Source: Tetramitus jugosus (taxonomy: Eukaryota > Protista > Heterolobosea). From it: a DNA stretch of 64,000 bases. Shown here piece after piece: positions 44,182 to 55,700 of the stretch. How positions within the stretch are numbered: the first letter of the stretch is position 1; each line of letters opens with the position of its first letter. The notes under the pieces are model-generated. The model was given only the letters and a program-made list of their open reading frames with translations. It was not told the DNA's origin and searched no databases. Where the stretch lies: positions 1 to 64,000 of the forward strand of contig OW569395.1 in NCBI GenBank assembly GCA_937625935.1. Direction: 5' to 3'. Position numbers and translations under genes: made by a program.

Positions 44182-45575
44182 TTATGATCGGTGATTGTCG
44201 TGAGAGGAAGATACAGCCTGAAGTAAACCAGTGTTTGTTTCAAGTGATCGGAACCGAGGTGATTTTGAAGATGATTTGGACAATGGTTTGAATGGTCCTT
44301 CATCCGTGTTATCCTTTCTCTTTTCATACGTTTTTCGTAGAGCCATTGGTTTGGGCAATGAAAGTTTTGCCTTCTTCTTCTCGTGCAACTTACTCGTGAG
44401 TTCTGCATTGACCGCTTCGAATGCCTCCTGTAAATGTTCCATTTCTGCCAACTTGGCTGTGAGTGTCTGGTGTCGCTTGGACATGTCTGTCAACAACTTT
44501 TGATAGTTGGTATTCAATTTTTTGAACTCAGTTTTGAGACTGTTGTTCTCCTTTCTCAGGCGGTTGTATTCATCGAGCATCTGATTGTAATTTTCATCGA
44601 CAAAAGCTTCTTCGAATGTTCTCTTTCCATTCTTGCCCATCTTTTCTCTCAGTGGATTTCTCATGTACTCTTCAATCAACTGATCACTGTCTGGTGCTGT
44701 TAGAGCTTCAATCGAAAATGGATCCACTATCGTTTGTTTTGAATCTTCAGAGACCTTGTCCTTGGTATCATCATTTGAGCCAACTGTTGCAACCACAGAC
44801 TCCTCATCGATCCTATAAGCTCCGGATGAACCGTTACCACTTGAACTCTGTGGGGGTGATGGAATGGTTGAGGGGTGTTGCTGGTATGCTCCACCTGGAG
44901 CTCCGACAAGGTGATGAACACTGGAATTAGCTTGGTTTACTTGCCCTGGCATCGTTCCTGCAGGTGGAAATGGAGTAACAAAGGGAGTTCCTTGCTGAGG
45001 GGAGTACATGAGACCTAAGGGAGCACCAGGAGCAGCAGTCGGCACAGAAGAAGAACTTGCAGTAGCGGAGATGGTGCCAACAACTGGAGGGACCATAGGA
45101 ACACCATTTGGAACATTTACAGCAGCTACAGCAGCAACAGAAGAAGCAGTAAATTGTTGCATCTTCTTATTGATTTGATCCTTTGTTCTTCGTTGGACAA
45201 TTGGTTTCCAAATTCTTCGTCTTGCATTGATGAACCAATTGTTAACTTGAGTCAGAGTAAGGCCTTTTCCGAAAATCACAAACAACCATTGAGTGAGTAG
45301 TTAGAACAAAACTAGGCTCTTGATAAGAAAAATGGTTGTTATGTGAGTTGTATCATACCTGTTTGTGCCATGAGCTTTTCCTTTTCCGCATCATTGGGAT
45401 AGGGATAATGAAAATGTTGAAACAACCACTTTTTCAAGTCTTCGACGGCTTCTTTTGGCAAATTTCCTCTACAAATAATGGTTGTGGCTTGTTGTTGTAG
45501 CTCTTGAGACAGAGATGCCATACCATCATTGTCAATATCGGAAGAAGAAGTGGAAGAGTTGTTTGGAACTTCCAT
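44182..45575 (-). CDS. TALE-class homeodomain transcription factor; exons 45575-45359 and 45263-44182
   Basis: RGNLPKEAVEDLKKWLFQHFHYPYPNDAEKEKLMAQTG|LTLTQVNNWFINARRRIWKP; 95-nt GTATGA..AAG intron; C-terminal coiled coil. Confidence 0.93.
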
Positions 45576-45977
45576 TATTCATACACAGGTACCTATCACA
45601 ACAAAGAAGGAGTATCGAATTGGATTGAACACTTTTTTGATTGATGACTCCAACGATCAAAAACAATTTGGGGAATTGTAGTTGACAGCGGAGTTTCTTC
45701 AAAACTGGTTTCAGTAAATCCCAAAAACTCCTCCTAGTGATCTCTGTTTCGACCTTGTCTGATCAAAACTTGTGAGTATGTAACTGAGCAGCTGCTCAGC
45801 TTTCCATTAATCCTCCTCTGATATCTCTGATCGATAAGAGTTTACACGACATCTTTTTCACCGTCATCGGAGAATAGAGAAAATATTTTCACAGCAAACA
45901 AAAAGCATTTTTCTCCACCAGCAAAAAAAACACATTTTTTTTTCATTTGATATCACACAACAAACGAACAAAAAAAA

Positions 45978-48791
45978 ATGATGCTCAACAGTAGTCGCAG
46001 CACAAGCAGGAGAATCCTACAAAACCTCTCCTCATCGTCAACAACATCAACACTACTCAACACCAACAATCATTCATTCCTCATCGCAGCTGCTGCCAGC
46101 ACTCCATTGTCATCAAATACGGTTCGTTTCTATGCCAAAAAGGACAATCGAGAAAAAAAAGTTTCCTTCAAGAAACAACAACAACAGCGAAGAGAGTTGT
46201 TGGCCAAACAAAAGAGAGAACAATTGGAACGAAAGGCTGAAGCAGAAGAGAGAAAGAGACTGGAGAAGGAAGCAAAGGAGCTTGCTCGCAGTCAAGCAAA
46301 ACAAGGAAAGGAAGGTGGTGCTGCTGGACAACAAGGCACTATTGATCTTGCCCGCACCAAGCCAAAGGTTATTCCGATTGCCGCCCAAATCGGAAAAAAA
46401 TCGGGTTTTTTACAATCGGAGAAAATTGTGGCCCCAGCAGCACCTACAGAGCTTGTGAAGCAAGGTGAGTGGCTTCATCAATTTGCTCGTGTCAAAAACA
46501 TTGCTCAGCAACAACAAAAGCAATCCACTGATGAGACTAGTGCTCACTCCAGTGAAGAATCATTGCCAATGTTTGGTGTAGCTATCGATGGAAAGAATGC
46601 TCCTGATAGCTCTGCTGACTTTGGTGTCTTCCACAGTTGGATCACCAGTGCTGTCAACATTACTTTTGTTGACGCAATTGAAAAGTTGATTGCCTCACCA
46701 AGTGCACCTCAAGCTGAACGTGTGTTTGAGCTAAAGTTTGAAATTTTCAATGCTTTGGTGTTGTTTTCAGAGTTGCACCCTGATGCTCATTTCTACACTT
46801 ATGCTGAATCATTGCTCTCCAAGTTTAACTCCACTGTTCAATCACTGGAGAGTAACTCTGCATTTGTCAATGCAATCAAGCCATTCAAGTCCAACAATAG
46901 TAGCTCTGGTGGTGCTCTAACTATTGGTCAAGCTGAGCTCGATCGTTTCCTTGCTCATGTCAGCAAGTTTACATTGGACTCTGAGGACTCTCAGCTCCAT
47001 CACTCTGATTTGCAAGCATCCATTGAAGGATTGAGAGAATACTTGAGAGAGTATGCAAGAATTAGAGTCGCAAAGCCAGATACTCGTCTCTATGAACTGC
47101 CAACAAGAAAAGAGTTGATCAATGGTCAATTCAATAGTGAAGTTGACAATGTTGTCATTAGAAAGAAGGTGCCAGGTATCGAAGTCAAGCCAGCTGTTGC
47201 CGTCTCTCGATACAGCTCTCATCTTGGAGGTGAAGTCGATCCAACTGAGAACAACTCTGACACACTCAAGTCACTCATGACCCATGTCAGCAATGACGGT
47301 CAGAGATTGTACCTGTGGAAGACGGTTCGTTCCGCTCTATTGGAAAACGTGGACAAGGAGTTGGCTGAGAAGACTGGTGCTTCTGCTGCTGAGGAATCCA
47401 CAAAGGAAACCAAGGGCAAGAGAGGCAAGGACACCAACAAGAGAGACAGCAGATTTGTTCAATTGAACGGATTGTGGAATCAGTTGATGACCAATACGAG
47501 CAGAGTTGTCAAGAACTCTACCGGTGGAAACTACTATGTCACAAAGAAGCCTGTCAATGATTTGGATGTGATTGTTTGGTTGACTGACTTGAGATCCAAT
47601 ATCCTCCCATTGGTTCAACGCGAACAACAATTGTGGAACCCATTGAAGAGACACAGACTGATTGCCAATCCACTCGTCCGGAGATCAATCTTCCGTTTCC
47701 AAACCAAGTTTGAGAGAGGAAACCCTGATCCAAAGAGAAATTTCGATTCAATCTTAACAAATGAAGTGCTCAGCAACCCTGAAGGACACACTGCATCCAT
47801 CCCTGAGCTATCCATTCAAGGTTGGGACGTTGCTCACTACAGAAAGTTGTACGCTGACATCTTTGCTGCCAAATATGATGCTGAATCCATGGCTCCATTC
47901 TTGAACTTGAGCAGTGCATTGAATGCATGCTTGAAGAGTATTGGACAAGACATTTTCGGAGTACAAGACTACAAGTTTGAAGAGTGCACCGTGTCAGAGA
48001 CCTGGAATCCAAAGTACGTCAAGAAGGTTGTCTTGAGTACTGACGAGGGTAACAAGACTCTGTACCTGGATCTCTCACCACCAACTCAATTCCACTTCAA
48101 CAGACAGAACGCAGTGTCTTATCCAGCTGGTCCAAACTCTGCCGTCTTGAGACTTCCATTCCTGTTTGCAAAGGCTGAAAATCAAGAGTTGCCATTCGGT
48201 ATTACAAGAACACTGACTGCCCTCGAGTTGAAGAACCTGTGTGGTGAATTCATGAACGGATGTCTGCACTTGTTCAAGGATCAATTCAACGGAGATGTCA
48301 TGTGGCAATCTGTTGCCAAGGAAGCTGCAGAGAACTTTGCTCTTGACAAGGCCTTCCTATCACAATTCGAACATGATCACATGGGCATGAAGATTCCAGA
48401 GAACTATGTCGATGAAGTAGTCAAGCGTGTTGGTCTCTCTGATCCAAAGTACGGTGCTCACGAAGTGTTGAGTCAAATCATTTACAGTATTTTCGATTAC
48501 CAACTGTTCACAGGAGCTTCCGGAAGCTCGTCACCAATGGAAATGTTCAGAACTCTGGAACAAAAGTTGTCTGTCAACGATAATGTACAAATGTTTGACT
48601 TGAACTACTTCTGGAACATTCATCGCCAGAATCCAATAACGTCCTTGTTGGTCAAGAGTCGTGCTCAACAGATTGGCACTGAAAATCTGAAGACTTTTGT
48701 CCATGAAGGAAAGAGTGGATTCGATGTGTCCGGATCAGATGCAACTTCCTTTGAAGCTCTTGTTGCTCGTGTCGGAAAGGAACTCCAGTAA
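45978..48791 (+). CDS. Mitochondrion-targeted peptidase M3 (MIP/oligopeptidase A)-like protein, catalytically degenerate
   Basis: Presequence-like N-terminus; WDVAHYR, IGQDIFGV, ETWNPKYVKK, LYLDL; the HEXXH region reads LCGEFMNGCLH. Confidence 0.65.
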   Translation: MMLNSSRSTSRRILQNLSSSSTTSTLLNTNNHSFLIAAAASTPLSSNTVRFYAKKDNREKKVSFKKQQQQRRELLAKQKREQLERKAEAEERKRLEKEAKELARSQAKQGKEGGAAGQQGTIDLARTKPKVIPIAAQIGKKSGFLQSEKIVAPAAPTELVKQGEWLHQFARVKNIAQQQQKQSTDETSAHSSEESLPMFGVAIDGKNAPDSSADFGVFHSWITSAVNITFVDAIEKLIASPSAPQAERVFELKFEIFNALVLFSELHPDAHFYTYAESLLSKFNSTVQSLESNSAFVNAIKPFKSNNSSSGGALTIGQAELDRFLAHVSKFTLDSEDSQLHHSDLQASIEGLREYLREYARIRVAKPDTRLYELPTRKELINGQFNSEVDNVVIRKKVPGIEVKPAVAVSRYSSHLGGEVDPTENNSDTLKSLMTHVSNDGQRLYLWKTVRSALLENVDKELAEKTGASAAEESTKETKGKRGKDTNKRDSRFVQLNGLWNQLMTNTSRVVKNSTGGNYYVTKKPVNDLDVIVWLTDLRSNILPLVQREQQLWNPLKRHRLIANPLVRRSIFRFQTKFERGNPDPKRNFDSILTNEVLSNPEGHTASIPELSIQGWDVAHYRKLYADIFAAKYDAESMAPFLNLSSALNACLKSIGQDIFGVQDYKFEECTVSETWNPKYVKKVVLSTDEGNKTLYLDLSPPTQFHFNRQNAVSYPAGPNSAVLRLPFLFAKAENQELPFGITRTLTALELKNLCGEFMNGCLHLFKDQFNGDVMWQSVAKEAAENFALDKAFLSQFEHDHMGMKIPENYVDEVVKRVGLSDPKYGAHEVLSQIIYSIFDYQLFTGASGSSSPMEMFRTLEQKLSVNDNVQMFDLNYFWNIHRQNPITSLLVKSRAQQIGTENLKTFVHEGKSGFDVSGSDATSFEALVARVGKELQ

Positions 48792-48869
48792 AACTCTGAC
48801 ACAACAATGAGATGATTTTTGCGGGTAACCAACCAAAGAACAATACAATAACAATAAAAATACAATCAA

Positions 48870-50246
48870 CTAAAGTTTAAGGATTCGTTTTTTCTTATGC
48901 TGTTGCTTTTGTCTCCTCTCTTCCATTGTTTTTTCCCACTCAAGTCGCCTCTGTCGCTCCTGCTCAGTCTCTGGATATGACTCACCATTATGGTCCACCA
49001 GAGGGTCACTACACTCTGCGAGTGGTGATGATTGTTCTTCGCCCTTCTGTGACATCTGAGAGCTCGTGAGAGTTGAGCTTTGTGATTCTTCTTCTCGTTT
49101 CACAATGCCCTGACTTTGACTAGCTTCTACTGAAGAGTGACTGTTGTCCTGACTCGTTTGTTTATTGTTGATGGCTGAATGCTCCATGTCCAACACAATC
49201 TTGGAATACATACTACTCAACAAATTAGTTTGTAGCCCTGAAAAGGAAAGATCCACCTCTTGCTCTTGATACGAGCGACAAGAGTGTAGCGCATACTGCT
49301 CGAAATGATTCATATTTTGAATTGAATTTAGCTCTAGAATTGCTGTGTTAGATGACTGTCAGAGTTCTGAACTCAATAACATGAAATAAATTTACTCACC
49401 ACCAAATTTCTGAGATACTCCTGGATAGACTTCTAAAATCTTTTGAAGAACAGTCTCTCGCTTGATACATTGTTGTTTCAATTGATACATTTGATCATAC
49501 AAATTCCTCACCAACGAATATAGTGGTTGAATAATGGTTTGATTGGTCAGTTGCATCTCCCTCTGGAACATTAACAAATCAGATGTATTTGCTTCAGTAT
49601 CGTTCGAGTAAAACGCTTCGAGTCGAGGTACTTTCCTTGGTTGTTCTTCAGAAGCTGTTGAATCATTATCAACCATATCATGTTTTCTCTTTGTGTCACT
49701 TGCTTGGTTTTCATTCGACTTTCCGTCCTTCACTGGGTAACACTTAAGTTCCCAATGAAATGGAAGTTTAAAGGATTGAGCACCGTGTCCAGACAAGCTT
49801 GAATTAACTAGAATATGAAGCACATCAATAGTACCTCTGTGTTCTTTGGAATGAACGATTCTAGTCCTCAATTTAGCTTGAGGTACCTTGCCAGAGAGAC
49901 ACCTTCGAATGTAGGCAACCAAGTTGACCGAACTCATTGTCAACTGAGGACAATAACAATCTCTTTCAGTTTGAATTTGAGCCTCATCCAACACACAGTA
50001 CTGCCAGAACCTATGAAAATTGGTAGCTCGAAAACAAAAGAATACTGGCTTATGGTCAACAACATCCATTCCTTGTTGTTGCCGATTACAAAACTCCTTC
50101 ATGAAATTCTCCGACGAAGGGAATTGAATAAAGAGAGGGGACGAGTCCCCACCATCCTTCTTCTGCACAAGATCAGGAGATGGGAGACGATACCAACCCA
50201 AATCCTTATCATTTGAATTGGTGGTACTCATCACTTCTTGACTCAT
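48870..50246 (-). CDS. XLF/Cernunnos-like NHEJ factor; exons 50246-49400 and 49342-48870
   Basis: SSLSG...LPFHWELKC head strand; IIQPLYSL...coiled coil; 57-nt GTGAGT..CTAAC..CAG intron joins the two ORFs in frame; basic/hydrophobic C-terminus KKKRILKL resembling a Ku-binding motif. Confidence 0.65.
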
Positions 50247-50346
50247 TTTCACTTTGCGTTTTTTTCCAATTTTCAACGGTGCGATATTTGATCATTTTGG
50301 CGCCAAAAGTAAAAGTAGGAGATTTATTGGACAAAAGAACTGAAAG

Positions 50347-50774
50347 TTATTGCTTTGATATGGCTTGATTCAACTTTTCGACCCATTCATTAGCAAGATC
50401 CTCACTCTCAGCTGAAAGCTCAAAAACACGATTCAAATTTCTGCCTTTTATCGTGAAAGCATGAGGCTTTGTCGCATCTTTTTCCACGACAGTTTCATTC
50501 AGGAAGATCATACCAACAGGCTTCTTCTTACCCTCCTTGTAATAGTACAGTGTTTTGCCCTTGAGCTCAAATAACCGCTCTTTTTTGCAGCATCGGAATT
50601 ATTATTTTTTGTAATTAGTAAATCTGGCTGGCAGATGGCAGCGACTGTCTGTCGCAATTGTGAAAAATTGGTTTTGATGTATTGTTGTTACGTACTGCGT
50701 TTTGTTTTGATGGTACCACCCTTCTTCTCTAGGTATCCGGAATGATCTACTTGGTCTTCGTCGTTGCCAGACAT
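50347..50774 (-). CDS. Small PH-domain protein; exons 50774-50696 and 50579-50347 (absent from the ORF track)
   Basis: SGYLEKKGGTIKTKR|KRLFELKGKTLYYYK...PVGMIFL...FELSAESEDLANEWVEKL; GTACGT..AAG intron. Confidence 0.88.
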
Positions 50775-51086
50775 GTTTGGTTGTGTTTTTGATTCTTTTT
50801 GCTTGACTCAAAGTTGGATTCGTGAAATGGATTGTGGAAACATGAATCCATCAACAGCAGTTACGTTGACAACATGACGACTCCGCCGGATAGCGAAGGA
50901 ATAATCGTCAAAAAATAATTGGGACACCTTCAATGTATTCACTGTCCTCGCTCCACACAAAGACTTTAAAGAAAAGCTAAACAATTGAAAACACACTCTC
51001 AAGTGAAGGTGTTTCCATTAAATATGCAATTCTCTTGTTTTACAATAATAATTTTGTGTCCTCCCCTTATAATATTGTGTGTCCTT

Positions 51087-53006
51087 TCAGGCTCGTGTTT
51101 TCCGTCGTTCTAGAGCACCTGCCTGTATTTCCAATACCTTGTCCCTGACTGCCACATTCGAATTGATCTGTGGCAACTGTAAAGCACTCTTGCACAGTGC
51201 AATCACTTGTGCTTGATCCCCCAATGCATCCCATGCCAAAATCTGCAACAAATGACAATCCAAATCATTCGCGTTCGATTCAAGTACGGCCCTCGTATCG
51301 GACAACACCTCCCGATACGACTTCATCTCAAAAAACAATGTCGCTCGTTTCAAATGCAAAAATGTTCTTTCCTGTTCGATTCTAATATCAACCGGAGATC
51401 GCAAATGATGCTCCATTTCACTTCCATTGCTCTCGGACAATTTTTGTTGTTGCTGCTGTCTTCGTTGACGAGATTTTTGTTGCTTTGGCGTTGGTAGCAG
51501 AGCAAGAGCGAGACTGTAGCTTCTCAGTGCGTCTTCGAATCGTTTTTGTTCTTCATAGCGTTTTCCCTCTCGTTTCAATATCGAGATTTGTTGAATAGTG
51601 AACGCATCAGGTACTTCATATTCATCATCGTCATTTTCATCATTTTCTTCATTTTTGTCATTTTTGTCATTTTCGTCATTGTTACCATCACTCTCATGAT
51701 GATTTTCATCATTGTTGTGATTGGCATCTGTTCGTTCGTGATCACTCTCATGATCATCATGATCATTATTGTCATCATCGAAACATTCATTCAATAATTG
51801 TTGTTCACTTTCATCTTCACCATCATCATCTTCATCATTATCACTACTGTTGTTTGTTATTGAATTTTGATGATGCAAATATTCATCATCATCATCATCA
51901 TTACTACTACCACTATTATCATGAATGATAGTATGACTACTACTATTGTTATTATGATTGTTCACTTTTGTTGTTTGATTCTTCATCTGAACATCATCAT
52001 CAACAACAACAACAACAACAGATTGATTATTATTTTGATGTTTTGCAAATTTTGCCTTCTCTAGTGCCTGATAGAGCACAATGAGACCATTGACAACAAA
52101 ATAGGCAATAAATCGTTTAAATGTTGCCAATAGAGTGATTAAGCTACGCCTTTGTTTTTTGTTGGTTGATTGGTCAATGTTTGGAAATTGATCCAAAATT
52201 TGTTGTTTGACATATTGTGTGTCATGTCTCTCGAAACAATAGTCTTGCAAGTGAGTGATCAACTCTGTGTCCATGCAAAATTCGACGCATAGCTCATGGA
52301 AAAAAGTCGTAGTTTTGATTTTGGCGCCTTCTTGTTTGTTGGTTGAAGCGGATGCGGAGAAATTATTGTCGTTGATTTTTGTGGTGGTATTGGCGGGAAG
52401 ACAGAGCCACTCATCAGACCGTATGCCACACCAATCTGCACCTCGCATCAATCCCAACCAATTCGCCACTTTTTGTATCATTTCCAACCGTTCTTCCTCA
52501 CTTTTTTGGCGCCAAAAAATAATAAACCGATGTCGGCCGCCACGCTCATGATGTTGAACATTGATATTGTCTTGAAACCAAGTTTGGGCACGTTCAAGTC
52601 GCTGTTGCATCATTGTGAGTTCTTGCTGAAATTGATTGGCATTGTGTGTCTGTTGATACTCGAAAACTCGTGAACAAATTTGTGAAAAAATCATTTCACA
52701 TAATGTTTTCCAACGTTGGGAGTGATCAAAAGAGAGAAAGAGGGAATATGTGTCTGTGGAGTAGAAGATGGCGATGATTTGTGTGTTGTTGTTGCGTTCG
52801 CTTTTTTGGTTCCAAACAACTTGCTTTTTTTTTCTTTGTTTGATCCCTATTGCGGAGAAAGAGAATATTCCGATTGTATTCTGACAGATGAATGCAAGAA
52901 GAGTGTTTGTGTACCAAGGGATTCCGTGGTAGCATTGCTTTACAAATGTAAATTCAGCTCTAATGTTCTTTGTTGTGAGGAACACTTGGATGGTGTCAAA
53001 AACCAA
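51087..53006 (-). CDS. TPR protein with long acidic/Asn-rich region (true start probably near 52700)
   Basis: LKREGKRYEEQKRFEDALRSYSLAL and LHLKRATLFFEMKSYREVLSD TPR motifs. Confidence 0.7.
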   Translation of the reverse strand: MVFDTIQVFLTTKNIRAEFTFVKQCYHGIPWYTNTLLAFICQNTIGIFSFSAIGIKQRKKKQVVWNQKSERNNNTQIIAIFYSTDTYSLFLSFDHSQRWKTLCEMIFSQICSRVFEYQQTHNANQFQQELTMMQQRLERAQTWFQDNINVQHHERGGRHRFIIFWRQKSEEERLEMIQKVANWLGLMRGADWCGIRSDEWLCLPANTTTKINDNNFSASASTNKQEGAKIKTTTFFHELCVEFCMDTELITHLQDYCFERHDTQYVKQQILDQFPNIDQSTNKKQRRSLITLLATFKRFIAYFVVNGLIVLYQALEKAKFAKHQNNNQSVVVVVVDDDVQMKNQTTKVNNHNNNSSSHTIIHDNSGSSNDDDDDEYLHHQNSITNNSSDNDEDDDGEDESEQQLLNECFDDDNNDHDDHESDHERTDANHNNDENHHESDGNNDENDKNDKNEENDENDDDEYEVPDAFTIQQISILKREGKRYEEQKRFEDALRSYSLALALLPTPKQQKSRQRRQQQQQKLSESNGSEMEHHLRSPVDIRIEQERTFLHLKRATLFFEMKSYREVLSDTRAVLESNANDLDCHLLQILAWDALGDQAQVIALCKSALQLPQINSNVAVRDKVLEIQAGALERRKTRA

Positions 53007-53012
53007 AGAGGT

Positions 53013-55030
53013 TCAGCATGAAGGCTTGTGATTCGTGACATTTTGAGGAATCTCTAGTAGATGAGCTGGTGCTTGACTTGGCATCACTGCATTAGCCCTA
53101 TGTTTCGTTGTTGCTGCCACAATTGAAGTTGTAGTCAAAGATTCTTCTGCTGTCACAAACTCCACGCCCGAAATTTCGATATCTGGTGAAATATCCACTT
53201 CTAGTTCCTCCAACTCTCCTGTTTCAACTGCTGTTGTTATCGTTGTTTTTGTTGTAGCTTCAGCTGTTGGTTCAACTGGTGTCGTTATGGTTTCAGACGA
53301 AGAAGCAGCTGCAGCTGCATCCGCATCAACAGTTGATTCATCCTTTGGTGGCAACGGTTCGAACTCATGAAAAGCAACAATCATGCACGTGACATTGTCC
53401 TGTGATCTTCTCCTGAGTGCCGTATTCACCAAATAGCGACACACTCGAGTCAAATCTCTCGTTTTGGCCAATGCGGCATACGTGATTCGAACAGCCTCCT
53501 CTGATGACATGACATCCCACAGTCCATCACAAGCCAAAATGATAAAATCCGTGTGACTCTGTATTCTAAACTGTTCAATATCAGGTTTGGCTGACACGAC
53601 ATGTCGATCCTCTCTCTTGTAATCAAAATCTCCGATTGCTCTCGAAACGGCCAATCGACCCAACACTCGTCCATTCTTGACTTTGCCTCCGTTGGCATGA
53701 ATTCTTCGTTTTTCGTCTCGTCTTGTCGGCTTATGATCGCGACTCATGTGTACTACGCGACCACGATGACCCAACACTGCTCTCGAATCTCCACAATTGG
53801 CCACACTGATTATACCGTCGCGTATAATGGCAAACACGGCCGTAGTTCCCGCATCGGGTGACGCTCTATATTCTTCAACTGCATATTTGCGCAACGATTC
53901 ATCACATGTCAAAAAACTAAATTGATTGAGCATGAGTGAGTGAACAAACAACGCCAATATAGATAGGATTGAAAAAAAACAACGACATACGCTTCTTGCA
54001 TTGCCTTTGGAATATTTTTTGCATAATGCCTGTTTGTAATAATGTGATTACACAAGTGTTCCTTGCAATAAATGGCAGCATCATCTCCACTATGTCCATC
54101 TGCAATATTCATAAATTTTGAATACAACAACAACAACAATAAAAAAAATAAATGGTGAGTTCAACAAAAAATTTCATTTGAATACAATAAAAAAAAATTG
54201 TTTTGATACGTACCAAAAACTGCAAATGCACAATGAGGATTCGACGCGTGTAAATTACAACCCATTTCCTCTGGAAAGATGGAAGAGGAGAACGTAGGCA
54301 TAGACTTTCTTTGTAACAGTGGTGGTAATACCACAGTGGGTGGCGAGGATGAGTAGGAAGATAAAGGTGAGGAGGGAGCAGAGGAAGCAGGTGAGTTGGA
54401 GTAGTGTGATGGTATGGTCAGTGGTGACGAAGGTGATGAGTTTGTTGTTTTGATATCATTGTTGGAGATATCATTAATATTATTATTATTGTAGTTTGTA
54501 TTATGATTGTTTGTAAGGTGGTGATGGGGATGATGAGCATTGCTCTGTGGTGAAGAAGTAGGTGTCGTTGGTGGCGACTGAGAGCTAACAAACGATTCTC
54601 TGCGCAATAGCTGCGCAAGGGCATTTGTCGTCAACCGTAGAGATTGTCTTCTCCCGCCATTTACACTCCCGCTCTCTTCCACCATTTCCCCGCTGTTCTG
54701 ATGATTGCTGCTGCCACTATTGCTGTTGTGAGTAAGTCCGTAGCTATTTTTGCGATTTGTTTTCTCCGTTGTAGTTGTTTTGTCTGACTCTACAATCTCG
54801 AGGAGATGTTGGTCAAGATCAGGAATAAAAACATGTTCGTCTTCCATGGACATCCTAAGTCCCTGTGCATCGAACACGCCATACGATATGTTGATCACTC
54901 CTCTATTGATCATGGCATTTTGAAACTGATCATCATACTTTTTATAAACGAGTTCACCACTTGGCGCAGAGTGGATAGAACCAGTGGAGAAGGATCGTCT
55001 TATCCATGTGCCGTTCATGAAGTGCAACAT
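53013..55030 (-). CDS. Protein phosphatase 2C (PPM); exons 55030-54214, 54099-53991, 53916-53013
   Basis: QGLRMSMED, AVF|DGHSG, GTTA, VANCGDSRAVL, DHKP, LAVSRAIGD, LACDGLWD, SQDNVT; splice sites keep the frame. Confidence 0.95.
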
Positions 55031-55700
55031 GTTGTTTCTTGTTTCACACTCTGAAAAATTTTGTTGTTTTTTGTTAACAATTTGTTGTTATTGTTACTAT
55101 TCGTTGTTATTGTTGCTATGATTGTTGGATGATAGCGCCTCAAAAAAAATTTTTTTTTTGAGTTGTCGAAGAAAAAAATTTGTTGGAGTGTTGGCCAATT
55201 GTAGTGTGTTGGTTGTAGGCTGTATCGAAGAATGCAGTTGTGGCCAGTTATGTGTGTGGTGGTTTTGCTTGCTTGTTTGTGGATGTTGAGGAGGTGATGG
55301 GTGACCTATAAGGTTATTATTCTCTTGATGTTGATGTTGTTTTTTCAATTTTTCTGAAATTGTTTTTTGTTGATGCGTCGTGTTTGTTCGGCTGAGCTCA
55401 GGCTACAAATTGTTTTTATGGTGGTGTTTCTTAGTGCAAGGAAGAACTGGTGGATAGAGTGCAGAGAGAGCAGCACCCAGCCAGTTTCTCATTTGCTCTT
55501 TGTGCATCTTGGTTATATAATAACGAGTCACTATTGGAAAACTGCACCAAATTGTTGGCATGATGTGACAAGTGACACTCAACCGGAGAAATACCGGAAC
55601 ACTCCAAAAAAAGATCGCGAGTTTCTTGGGGTCAAAAAACGATGGACAATCCGCCGAAGTGATCTTCGAAAGTTTCGCCGAAGGAGTTTCTGCTCCAACA

